This document shows, one piece after another, positions 28,337 through 36,853 of a stretch of 64,000 bases of DNA. Within the stretch, counting starts at the first letter, position 1, and each line of letters begins with the position of its first letter. The DNA is from an uncultured Candidatus Saccharibacteria bacterium (GTDB lineage: Bacteria; Patescibacteriota; Minisyncoccia; Phycocordibacterales; DATDWN01). The stretch covers positions 175,161 through 239,160 of the forward strand of contig CAZQVT010000001.1 in NCBI GenBank assembly GCA_964596875.1, given 5' to 3'. Position numbers and translations under genes: made by a program. Under the pieces are notes generated by a model that worked only from the letters and a program-made list of their open reading frames with translations, did no database searches and was not told the origin of the DNA.

Positions 28337-29800
28337 ATGAACGATAAAAAAGTAGTAACAAGATTCGCACCTAGTCCAACTGGGTTCATGCATATAGGCG
28401 GTGTTCGCACTGCTCTTTTTGCATACTTGTACGCTAAAAAAATGAAAGGTACTTTTATACTTCGTATCGAAGACACTGATAAGGCACGAGAAGTGGAAGG
28501 TTCAATAGGTCACATACAAGAGTCGCTAAAATGGCTAGGTATCGACCCAGACATAGGTCCAAACAATCCTGGCGAGTTCGGTACTGTTATCCAGTCTGAG
28601 AGACTTCCATCATATCTAGAGTATGCAAATAAACTAATAGAAAAAGGTTTGGCATATCCTGACCCCTATACTGCAGAAGAACTAGATGCTTTTCGTAAAA
28701 AAGCTGAGGAAGAAAAAAGACCTTTTCTGTACCGTGACCACAGACCAGAAAAATTTGAAACTTGGGATGGTAAAAAACCTTTGCGTCTAAAAGTTCCAGA
28801 AATAAAAAGATACAAATGGACCGATGCTGTTCGTGGTGAACTGGAGGCGGGACCAGAAGCACTAGATGACTTTGTGCTTATCAAAGCAGACGGATATCCG
28901 ACATACAACTTTGCACATATTATAGACGACTTAAACATGGGCGTGACACATATCATGCGCGCTGATGAGTTTATTTCTAGCATGCCAAAGTTTCTTTCAC
29001 TATATGATGCACTTGAAATCCCATATCCTGTTTTTGTAACACTTCCTCCTATACTTAAAGACGACCGCACAAAAAAACTTGGTAAAAGAGACGGAGCAAA
29101 AGATATTTTAGAATACAGAACAGAGGGATATCTGCCAGAAGCCATGGCAAACTTTCTCGCACTTATCGGTTGGAACCCGGGTACAGAACAAGAAGTATTT
29201 ACAAAAGATGAACTTATAAACGCATTTGAAATAGAAAAAATTCAGAAATCTGGAGGCGCATTTAACGAGGAAAAACTAGACTGGATGAACAAAGAGCACA
29301 TGAAAAGATTGGACTTAAAAACTGTAACAGACGAGATTGTTTCTCGTCTAAAAAAGTGTGACAAGTTTCAAAATAGTGAAAAGTTTGAAGACTCTGCATT
29401 TGTAGAGAAAGTTTGTCATATAATCTTTGACCATATTTCAAAATGGGGAGATGTAGATGTACAAGCAGGGGAGGGGGAATATGACTTTTATTTCGGCATA
29501 CCCGCATATGACACTACCCTACTTTCATGGAAGGGAAGTAGTCTAGAAAACTCCAAAAAACACCTTGAGTGGGTTTTGGAGAAACTATCTAGTTTGAATG
29601 AAGTAGAGTTTGCAGACGCAGAAAAAATAAAAGCGCATATTTTTGACTATGCTACAGAACAAGGACGTGGTGATGTATTGTGGCCGCTACGAGTTTCACT
29701 TTCTGGCCTAGAAAAAAGCCCTGACCCATTTTCACTTCTTTCTATATTTGGAAAAAATGAAAGCATAAACAGAATAAAAAATGCATTAAATAAGTTGTAA
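28337..29800 (+). CDS. gltX: glutamate--tRNA ligase
   Basis: N-terminal RFAPSPTGFMHIGGVRTALF (HIGH), KLGKRDG (KMSKS-like). Confidence 0.9.
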   Translation: MNDKKVVTRFAPSPTGFMHIGGVRTALFAYLYAKKMKGTFILRIEDTDKAREVEGSIGHIQESLKWLGIDPDIGPNNPGEFGTVIQSERLPSYLEYANKLIEKGLAYPDPYTAEELDAFRKKAEEEKRPFLYRDHRPEKFETWDGKKPLRLKVPEIKRYKWTDAVRGELEAGPEALDDFVLIKADGYPTYNFAHIIDDLNMGVTHIMRADEFISSMPKFLSLYDALEIPYPVFVTLPPILKDDRTKKLGKRDGAKDILEYRTEGYLPEAMANFLALIGWNPGTEQEVFTKDELINAFEIEKIQKSGGAFNEEKLDWMNKEHMKRLDLKTVTDEIVSRLKKCDKFQNSEKFEDSAFVEKVCHIIFDHISKWGDVDVQAGEGEYDFYFGIPAYDTTLLSWKGSSLENSKKHLEWVLEKLSSLNEVEFADAEKIKAHIFDYATEQGRGDVLWPLRVSLSGLEKSPDPFSLLSIFGKNESINRIKNALNKL

Positions 29801-29805
29801 AAATA

Positions 29806-31077
29806 ATGAGATGGCAGAAATACATACTTTTTCTAATACTCCTACTTTCAACTAGTATTGCTATTGCCCAAAACGCCACAACTTCAGAAGTTCTAAAAAA
29901 CAAAATCGACGAAAGAAACAACCAGATAAAAAAACTTGAAGAAGAAATAAAAGTCTACAACAAAGAAGTAGAAACTGCTGGCAAACAAGCCAAGACTTTG
30001 CAGACTACACTAAAAACTCTTGACCTTACCAAAAAGAAAATCGAAACGGATATTTCGCTTACAGAAAACAAAATAACTAAAACTACCCTAACTATAGATC
30101 AACTTGGTCAAGAAATAGGTACTACTAGAAGCAAAATAGATGTAAACAAACAGGCTATAAGTGCGGCACTCAAAAATAGACAGTACATGGACAGTACTGA
30201 CTTTATTAGTATGATGCTGTCGAAAAAAAGTCTGGGTGAAATATGGGGCGACATAGACGACATAGAGGAAGTTCGTGAAGCGATACGTGTAAAGACTTTG
30301 GAGTTAGACTCTCTAAAGAAAAATATGGAAAACAATCAAGAAAATCTAAAAGGTGAAAAGACCAACTTGGTTACCCTAAAACAAGACCTCTCTGGTAAAA
30401 AACAAGCCGTAGAATACACAACTCAGGAAAAGGCTGCGGTGCTAGTTGAAACAAAAAATAAAGAACAAACATACAAAGAACTTGTAAAAACAAAACAACA
30501 ACAAAAAGATCAGTTCGAGAAAGAACTTTTCGAATACGAGTCACAACTAAAATATCTTATCGACCCAAACAGTTACCCTAAAGGTAGAAGCGGAATTTTT
30601 GCGTGGCCACTAGATAAAGTTATCATTACACAAAAGTTTGGTAAAACTGTTGGCGCAGAAAAACTATACGCATCTGGTAGTCACAATGGTGTAGACTTTG
30701 GCGCAAGTATTGGAACAAGAGTTAAAAATGTTTTAGACGGAGAAGTTGTGGGTACAGGGGACACAGACAAATACCCTGGCTGTTACTCTTTTGGTCGCTG
30801 GGTTATGGTAAAACACGGCAATGGTCTCTCTACAATATACGGACACCTTTCTGTGATAAGTGTGCAGAAAGGTCAAACACTTAAGACTGGAGATACGATA
30901 GGTTTTTCTGGAAACACAGGTTACTCTACTGGTCCGCATTTACATATATCTGTTTATGCGACTCAAGGTGTGCGTATAGAAAAATACGTAAATAGTAGGG
31001 GATGTAAAGAGGCGACTCTCCCACTTGCCGACATCAAAGCCTACCTAGACCCACTGGCATACTTCCCATCACTTTAG
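29806..31077 (+). CDS. M23 family metallopeptidase with N-terminal coiled coil (EnvC-like)
   Basis: signal/TM, long coiled coil, HNGVDFGA...GNTGYSTGPHLH M23 motifs. Confidence 0.85.
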   Translation: MRWQKYILFLILLLSTSIAIAQNATTSEVLKNKIDERNNQIKKLEEEIKVYNKEVETAGKQAKTLQTTLKTLDLTKKKIETDISLTENKITKTTLTIDQLGQEIGTTRSKIDVNKQAISAALKNRQYMDSTDFISMMLSKKSLGEIWGDIDDIEEVREAIRVKTLELDSLKKNMENNQENLKGEKTNLVTLKQDLSGKKQAVEYTTQEKAAVLVETKNKEQTYKELVKTKQQQKDQFEKELFEYESQLKYLIDPNSYPKGRSGIFAWPLDKVIITQKFGKTVGAEKLYASGSHNGVDFGASIGTRVKNVLDGEVVGTGDTDKYPGCYSFGRWVMVKHGNGLSTIYGHLSVISVQKGQTLKTGDTIGFSGNTGYSTGPHLHISVYATQGVRIEKYVNSRGCKEATLPLADIKAYLDPLAYFPSL

Positions 31078-31101
31078 GCATATATTTGGTATAATAAACA
31101 T

Positions 31102-31308
31102 ATGAAAAAACCTAGAACAAACCAAGGATTTGTAGTGAAAATTGTTTTGATCATCGTTGCGCTTATCTTTGTGAAATACTATTTCCATATAGATATAGTT
31201 GAATGGTATAAGTCTCCTACAGGCCAAAAGTACGTTGGAAGTATCTGGAATATGATAAAGGACTTCTACAACTGGGCCGACAACTACGCTAGGACTAAGG
31301 TGTTTTAG
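31102..31308 (+). CDS. small hypothetical membrane protein (68 aa)
   Basis: ORF only; stop abuts stop of convergent RloB-like gene. Confidence 0.25.
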   Translation: MKKPRTNQGFVVKIVLIIVALIFVKYYFHIDIVEWYKSPTGQKYVGSIWNMIKDFYNWADNYARTKVF

Positions 31309-31830
31309 TTACGAATTGAATAATTTATGTATTTCAGGAAAGTATGTTTTGAAAATAATATTGTTTGGTATTATCTTTATTAAATCAATATTTTTCATGT
31401 GTTGTGCTTCCTTGCCGAAGTGGCTCAAAAAATTCTTTTTACAGATGGATCTGAAATTTTTTGAATCGATAGTATTTTTGATTTTTTTACCCACTATTTC
31501 CAGTAAGACACCCTCTGGATTGGGGTTACATAATTGAACTTTGTGGCGAAGACCTTTTATGTATAGTGCTATTTTTTGAGAATCATCAAGATCGTAGTCC
31601 GCCATAAAAAAGAAGTGGATTTTCTCACTTAGTTTTTTTGGTTTAATTTCATACTTTCGTGTTAAGCTAGAAACTTTATTACTGAAAGTCTTTAAGTCAT
31701 TAAACCCCCCCATAATCTCATATTTAAAAGATAAGGGCTTTGAGCAAAAATAAGTTTTGAAAAATCCAAAAAGATTGTATTCTGTGGGTCCTTCACAACA
31801 TATCACATATACATCCTTGGTACTTCTCAT
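31309..31830 (-). CDS. RloB-like (TOPRIM-like) protein, AbiLii-like
   Basis: N-terminal VYVICCEGPTEYNLF matches RloB family CEGxxTExxYF signature; 14 nt downstream of AAA_21 ATPase gene. Confidence 0.6.
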   Translation of the reverse strand: MRSTKDVYVICCEGPTEYNLFGFFKTYFCSKPLSFKYEIMGGFNDLKTFSNKVSSLTRKYEIKPKKLSEKIHFFFMADYDLDDSQKIALYIKGLRHKVQLCNPNPEGVLLEIVGKKIKNTIDSKNFRSICKKNFLSHFGKEAQHMKNIDLIKIIPNNIIFKTYFPEIHKLFNS

Positions 31831-31843
31831 AAATAGTTTATTT

Positions 31844-33052
31844 TTAAATAAATTGCTTGATCATGTGTTCGAATCCAATTGTATCAGGTGTGCCTCCAAG
31901 CAAACCGAGTCTATACTTCTTCTTTAAATTATCCCTATTTTTTACATCCTTCAATTCAGATACCTTGTAAACAATTGAATTATGCTTCTCTTTTTCCACA
32001 ATAAAAGTTTGATCAAGATTCAGGAGCTCTAAGGTTTCGTGATTATGTGTCGCAAAAAAAATTTGAGCATTACCAGTATTTATATCTTTGTTTTTAAATA
32101 AAGATATAATTGATTTCTCTATTTCTGGGTGAAAATACAAATTTGTCTCGTCATAGACAACTAAACCGCCCTTTTTGAAGACAGTAAGTAAATTATATAT
32201 ATGTGCAAAAAGCTCCTTTGTTCCAGCTGATTCTTGCATTAAATCTACGCTTTCATAAAAACCTTTATGTGAAACTTTCACTGATGATGTATTGTTTTCA
32301 ATATCAAGTGATTCAATAGTGTCGTCAAATCGACTCATTATATCTCTAGTAAGTTTTATCATTTCTTCTTTCTTGTTTTTTTCAGCAGTACTTATTCGAA
32401 ATGCATGAGATATTATTCCAAAAATAGTTGGCATAGAATCTAGCTCCGCAGTTTTCGTAAACCAGGACTTTAAATCCCTAAAATAATTAAAATCTTGACC
32501 AGCCCTAAACCCCTCTATTAGATGTGATAGAAGGGTTTGGTACTCAGCAAGCTTTAAAACTGAAAAATATGATTTATGATCTTTGAAGTCTGGGCCAAAA
32601 GTTATTTTTCCATTGAGTCTGTTGAATACAAGCTTAGGTTTTCCAGATTTTAACTTTGTGTTAGTTACGAACAGAGTTTCCGAGCTAATATTTTTTCTAT
32701 CCTTAATTTCTATGTCGTATTTGTAATAGTTTTCATTCAACAAAATATCTATACCAAGCTTGGTTGGTTTATTTTTAAAAGTAGAATGAAAGTTGTTGTA
32801 GGCTAAAATAGTGTCTTTTTGTTCAGGAGTAAGTGTTGTTTTTGTATACATTAAACGTATAAGCGAACTGATTGCTTTTAAAATAGTACTTTTGCCACTA
32901 GCATTAGCACCGTAGAATCCATTTAGAAGAGAAATCTTCTGATTTTTAAAGTTTAAATATCCATCTTCAGTAGTAGAACCTCCCTTTATAAAGTTCAATT
33001 CTAGTGGTTTACCAACAGAATAAAAGTTTGCTAAACGTATTTTTGTTATCAT
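31844..33052 (-). CDS. AAA_21/ABC-type ATPase, RloA/AbiLi-like
   Basis: Walker A GANASGKST, Walker B VVYDE, H-loop ATHNHE; 402 aa; low GC. Confidence 0.7.
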   Translation of the reverse strand: MITKIRLANFYSVGKPLELNFIKGGSTTEDGYLNFKNQKISLLNGFYGANASGKSTILKAISSLIRLMYTKTTLTPEQKDTILAYNNFHSTFKNKPTKLGIDILLNENYYKYDIEIKDRKNISSETLFVTNTKLKSGKPKLVFNRLNGKITFGPDFKDHKSYFSVLKLAEYQTLLSHLIEGFRAGQDFNYFRDLKSWFTKTAELDSMPTIFGIISHAFRISTAEKNKKEEMIKLTRDIMSRFDDTIESLDIENNTSSVKVSHKGFYESVDLMQESAGTKELFAHIYNLLTVFKKGGLVVYDETNLYFHPEIEKSIISLFKNKDINTGNAQIFFATHNHETLELLNLDQTFIVEKEKHNSIVYKVSELKDVKNRDNLKKKYRLGLLGGTPDTIGFEHMIKQFI

Positions 33053-33557
33053 ATTAATATTTATGCAATAAAATGTACAATTTAAAGTATAGTACCTTAA
33101 ATTAAATACGTCAAACCTTAGGGCAGGGGACTTCCCTACAAATAATAGGAAATTTTAGAACCTCAAATAATGGGGTTCGGATGGTAAAAGGGGTGCTATC
33201 TAGGTACCTAGAAAAGAGAACTCTAAGCCAATTATTTGGTGCATTTTTATATATAAATATTTAATGAAAACCATTTAATGATTAAACTGAACAAACGAAT
33301 CTTTTGAGCAAACCCCCTTAGGGACTATGCTAAAAAGATATATTGTGCGACACGGCTATATACTCCCCCCCTCTATATAACTAACTAAAAACAATAAAAC
33401 ATTTAATTACTAAAATAATTGAATATGTAATTATTTTGCATCAAAAAAATCCCGCCCCCACCCCACCCTGGTTCAGCCGGTTTACACAAAAGTAAAAATA
33501 CATATACTTATTACGAAACACAATATCCGTTCTTTTCGGTTTCTGGAGGTTCGCGCC

Positions 33558-34007
33558 ATGAATGGCATTGAAGGAAACGTTCAGCTGGTGTTCGTGCTGA
33601 TGGGCGTGATCTCTGGTCTTTTGGGCGGAATTGCCCACGCCAAGAAACGGCACGGTTTGGGGTGCTACAAGAACGGCACTCTGAGTCTGACACCACAGTG
33701 GTACCGCTGTGGCAGTTGCTGGACTGCCGTAGTCTTCTACGCGGTTTTCATGGGCTGCATTTTTGCGCTCATGCACGACATTTACTACGCTGGCACTCAG
33801 ACAGTTGGAGGTGCCATCGGACAAGTTGTCGTCACGTTTTTTGGTGTCATATTGTCTGCCGTGTTGACGTTAGCGGTGGCACTGCTGGGCTTGCTTGCCA
33901 TCGGCTACTCGGAACATCGCTGGCCTCAGTGTCGTAAGTATAAGTGGATCTCCTACAGCTTCGCAGTCATCGTTCGAACGTATCTCTATCACCTCACTAG
34001 ATACTAG
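33558..34007 (+). CDS. hypothetical integral membrane protein (149 aa, ~4 TM, Cys-containing), GC-rich minicassette 4
   Basis: ATG 7 nt after GGAGG; GC-rich. Confidence 0.45.
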   Translation: MNGIEGNVQLVFVLMGVISGLLGGIAHAKKRHGLGCYKNGTLSLTPQWYRCGSCWTAVVFYAVFMGCIFALMHDIYYAGTQTVGGAIGQVVVTFFGVILSAVLTLAVALLGLLAIGYSEHRWPQCRKYKWISYSFAVIVRTYLYHLTRY

Positions 34008-34028
34008 GAGCGCAGACAACCACCACAC

Positions 34029-34077
34029 ATCGCAAGTCGCAAGATCCGGAGGATCGCAAGGCGACTTGCGATTTTCC
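34029..34077 (+). terminator. 12-bp perfect hairpin ATCGCAAGTCGC...GCGACTTGCGAT + TTT
   Basis: immediately after 33558-34007 ORF; two further small hairpins follow. Confidence 0.55.
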
Positions 34078-34198
34078 ATATATAAAAATACAGGCTACTT
34101 GCCTGTTTCACATAAATACAAATAGCCCTTGCGGGCCATTTGTCTAATTAGTATAACTCTGGGGCTTTTGTATAGATAGTAAGTTATGCACAGGTAAC

Positions 34199-34232
34199 AA
34201 AAGACCACCTTTCTTTCGATTGGTGGTCTTTT
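34199..34232. terminator. bidirectional hairpin AAAAGACCACC...GGTGGTCTTTT
   Basis: A-run/T-run flanked perfect 7-bp GC-containing stem, 2 nt from stop of 34235 gene. Confidence 0.55.
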
Positions 34233-34234
34233 GT

Positions 34235-34705
34235 TTATTTGTTTATGGCTATTTGATTTGAACCATCATTTAGGTATTTACCCCAACAAGGCTTTGATGA
34301 AATCCAAGGTTGTGTTCCCTGTCTCTCATACAAGTCTCGGGCGTAAGCAGTATTTCCTTCGATAGTGTAGATATCCATACCTTTGTCAGTTGCAGTATCC
34401 AAGTGGTAATACTCGTTTATCTGCATAACTCCAACATCGGCATTGTTTACTCTACCTCGGTGAATTTCTCCGTCCTCGTCTAGTTGTCTAAATGTAGACT
34501 CACAACGAGCAATCTGTACCATGATAGGAATATCTTTGAAGTACTGACGAACGTACTGTTCTGTACTCATCATCTTTTCAACTTCTTTGTTTGATATTTC
34601 TCTTACTACTTTGTATGAGGAGTTTTCTACTTTTGGCTGTGTATTTCCTAGGACCTTTACGTTTGCTGTAGTAGTACCTGTAAATGTGGAAAGAACCATG
34701 AACAA
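34235..34705 (-). CDS. secreted lysozyme-like / lytic transglycosylase domain protein
   Basis: signal peptide; CES...GVMQIN resembles SLT/GEWL catalytic Glu-Ser and MQI motifs. Confidence 0.5.
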   Translation of the reverse strand: MFMVLSTFTGTTTANVKVLGNTQPKVENSSYKVVREISNKEVEKMMSTEQYVRQYFKDIPIMVQIARCESTFRQLDEDGEIHRGRVNNADVGVMQINEYYHLDTATDKGMDIYTIEGNTAYARDLYERQGTQPWISSKPCWGKYLNDGSNQIAINK

Positions 34706-34904
34706 ACTAACTGCTGTGAAATTTAAAATATGTTTATTTTAAGTTGTAATTCAGACGTAATTGAATAGGTTGCCCTTTTCAAAAGAAAAACTCAGGAAAT
34801 CTGAGTTAGGTATATATTAGCATATCTTGGACTTCTTGTCAATATAAAACAATAGATTTGGGGTATTGGCAAGGCTTAGAAAACTCATATTTATAGCCAT
34901 ATTA

Positions 34905-34954
34905 TTGTGAAAAAACACCACACAAGAAAACCACAAATTTTGCAACTTGTGGTT
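34905..34954 (-). terminator. dnaJ intrinsic terminator (AACCACAA...TTGTGGTT + T run on - strand)
   Basis: 8-bp stem then TTTTCTTGTGTGGTGTTTTTT on - strand ~30 nt past dnaJ stop. Confidence 0.55.
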
Positions 34955-34982
34955 CCTGTTGGTTAAAAGTTTTTAACTTTTT

Positions 34983-36053
34983 CTATAGACCCTCGTTTCT
35001 AAGACCCTCTATAGTCTTTTTTGCGTCTTTTGAGAGTTTGTGAGGCATAACTATGCTTGTTATGACCAATATATCACCCCTACTTCCCCTATCTAGGGCG
35101 ACACCCTTGCCTTTGATACGAAGTATTTCTCCATGTTTTAGACCCTCTGGTACTTTTAGGGTGATATCGCCTTCTAGAGTTTTGATAACAGTTTCGCCTC
35201 CCAGGATGGCATCGGTAAGTTTGACTGGAAGATCCATGACAAGGTTTGCACCTTCTTTTCTAAAGAAAGCATGTTTTTTAACGTAAACCTTTATATACAA
35301 GTCTCCTGACTGGCCAGAGGCTATGGCTTCCCCTGCCCCAGATAGGCGGATCATTTCTCCACTTTCTATACCTGCGGGAATATGGACTTTTATCTCTGTT
35401 TCGCGTTTTAGTAGGCCCTCTCCGCGACAAGTTTCACATTTATTTTTAGGGACTTTGCCAGCACCGTGACAGACGTCACATGTTGTTTGAGTTTCAAACT
35501 GACCAAAGAATGTTCTTTTGACTTCGCGAATAGAGCCCTTGCCGTTACATTTTGAACAAGTCGCTTGTTCGCTACCTTTTTGTCCACCAGAACCATTGCA
35601 AGTCTCACATTTTGAAACCTTGTTTAGTAGAACTGTTTTGTCTACTCCAAAGACAGAGTCTTCGAAAGATATTTCAGTGTCGATAGATATGTCACGACCT
35701 CTTTTTGATTGTCTTCTTCCACCACCGCCAAATACATCACCAAAGATGTCACCAAAGTCGAACTCGAAGCCACCGTTCGCACCCTGCGTAAACTGTGAGA
35801 AGTCAAAACCTTCAAATCCGCCACCGAAACCACCTCCTCCCATGTTTGGACCGGCAGAGCCAAACTGGTCGTACTGCGCACGTTTCTGGTCATCAGAAAG
35901 AATCGAGTAAGCCTCGTTTATTTCTTTGAACTTTGCATCATCGCCAGTTTTTTTGTCCGGGTGATATTTATGGGCTAGGGTTCGAAAAGCCTTTTTGATC
36001 TCGTCTTTTGAGGCCTTTTTGTCGACGCCCAAAGTTTGGTAGTAATCTTTCAT
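34983..36053 (-). CDS. dnaJ: molecular chaperone DnaJ
   Basis: J domain with HPD, G/F region, four CxxCxGxG zinc-finger repeats; start at MKDYYQTLGV preferred over upstream extension. Confidence 0.9.
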   Translation of the reverse strand: MKDYYQTLGVDKKASKDEIKKAFRTLAHKYHPDKKTGDDAKFKEINEAYSILSDDQKRAQYDQFGSAGPNMGGGGFGGGFEGFDFSQFTQGANGGFEFDFGDIFGDVFGGGGRRQSKRGRDISIDTEISFEDSVFGVDKTVLLNKVSKCETCNGSGGQKGSEQATCSKCNGKGSIREVKRTFFGQFETQTTCDVCHGAGKVPKNKCETCRGEGLLKRETEIKVHIPAGIESGEMIRLSGAGEAIASGQSGDLYIKVYVKKHAFFRKEGANLVMDLPVKLTDAILGGETVIKTLEGDITLKVPEGLKHGEILRIKGKGVALDRGSRGDILVITSIVMPHKLSKDAKKTIEGLRNEGL

Positions 36054-36160
36054 GATTGTTATTATAAGGTTTTTTTGGGTAATGTATAGGTTTGACCACA
36101 CCCTATCTATAATGTAGTCTGTATTGTGGAATACGGGTCATCTTGGCCCACGGAGAAACC

Positions 36161-36496
36161 ATGAGCGAGTCTCTTTTGGGTGAGGTTAAGTTCCCAGTGC
36201 AGTTTGCCTGCGATATCTGCGGGCATCACTTTTCGTGCGAGCGAGAGGGCCTGAAGAGCCACGAAGTCAACAGGAGGCACTTTATCAGACTGATTCGTAC
36301 CACGGTCGTTGCGGCCTGTCCCGCGTGCGATGCAAACGTGGGCAGATCATTCGATGAGCTGCTTCCGGATGCTCCTAACACTCTCGGTGAACTGCGAGCG
36401 CAGTACAAAGTCGCCCGCGGCAACGGTGCTGGGCCTCTCGAGGCCATCGGCTTCGCCAAGTTCAAGATTCGTCTCGTCAAGCGGAGGATCGCATGA
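36161..36496 (+). CDS. hypothetical Cys4 zinc-ribbon protein 1, GC-rich minicassette 5
   Basis: CxxC...CxxC, Arg/Lys-rich tail, GGAG RBS; ATG 36161 preferred over TTG 36143. Confidence 0.4.
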   Translation: MSESLLGEVKFPVQFACDICGHHFSCEREGLKSHEVNRRHFIRLIRTTVVAACPACDANVGRSFDELLPDAPNTLGELRAQYKVARGNGAGPLEAIGFAKFKIRLVKRRIA

Positions 36497-36783
36497 ATCG
36501 TCAGCGCCATCGGTTTGTATGCAGCAATTGTAGTACCTCATTCGAACCGGAGTGTCCGGTCGTCCCAACGGAGAACGTTCGGTCTGAAGTTCCGAAGGCG
36601 AAGCTCCTGGAGGCGAGTTGTCCGCTTTGCGGTTACACGGTCAAGATGATCGTGAACGGAGTGTTGGACATCGAGAGGCTTCATAGCGATCCGGTGAAAC
36701 GTCAGTACTTCCATCACAGGCGTCGCGGAATGGATGCTCCTCTAGCCAGGCGCTTGGCGAACCGGCTCGCCACAAGAAACTAG
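36493..36783 (+). CDS. hypothetical Cys4 zinc-ribbon protein 2 (translationally coupled)
   Basis: ATGA start/stop overlap with previous ORF, GGAGG RBS, CxxC...CxxC, basic C-terminus. Confidence 0.4.
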   Translation: MNRQRHRFVCSNCSTSFEPECPVVPTENVRSEVPKAKLLEASCPLCGYTVKMIVNGVLDIERLHSDPVKRQYFHHRRRGMDAPLARRLANRLATRN

Positions 36784-36806
36784 TTCCCGCCCCTCTGGGG
36801 CATACC

Positions 36807-36841
36807 AGCCCGTGGCCGAGTTCGCTCGTCGCGGGCTTTGT
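36807..36841 (+). terminator. hairpin AGCCCG...CGGGCT + TTT after zinc-ribbon pair
   Basis: 6-bp GC stem with weak U tract; also GCCCC-TCT-GGGGC hairpin at 36789-36801. Confidence 0.4.
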
Positions 36842-36853
36842 CACATCTCTTTG

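Noticed and set aside
31290-31330. dif-like XerCD site at the strand-switch
   Set aside because: No convincing 28-bp dif-like palindrome around a central hexamer could be recognised by eye. The terminus hypothesis rests on gene orientation only.
33150-33185. tRNA-like T-loop motif GGGGTTCGGATGG
   Set aside because: No acceptor, D or anticodon arms can be drawn around it. No tRNA or rRNA signature was found anywhere in the window.
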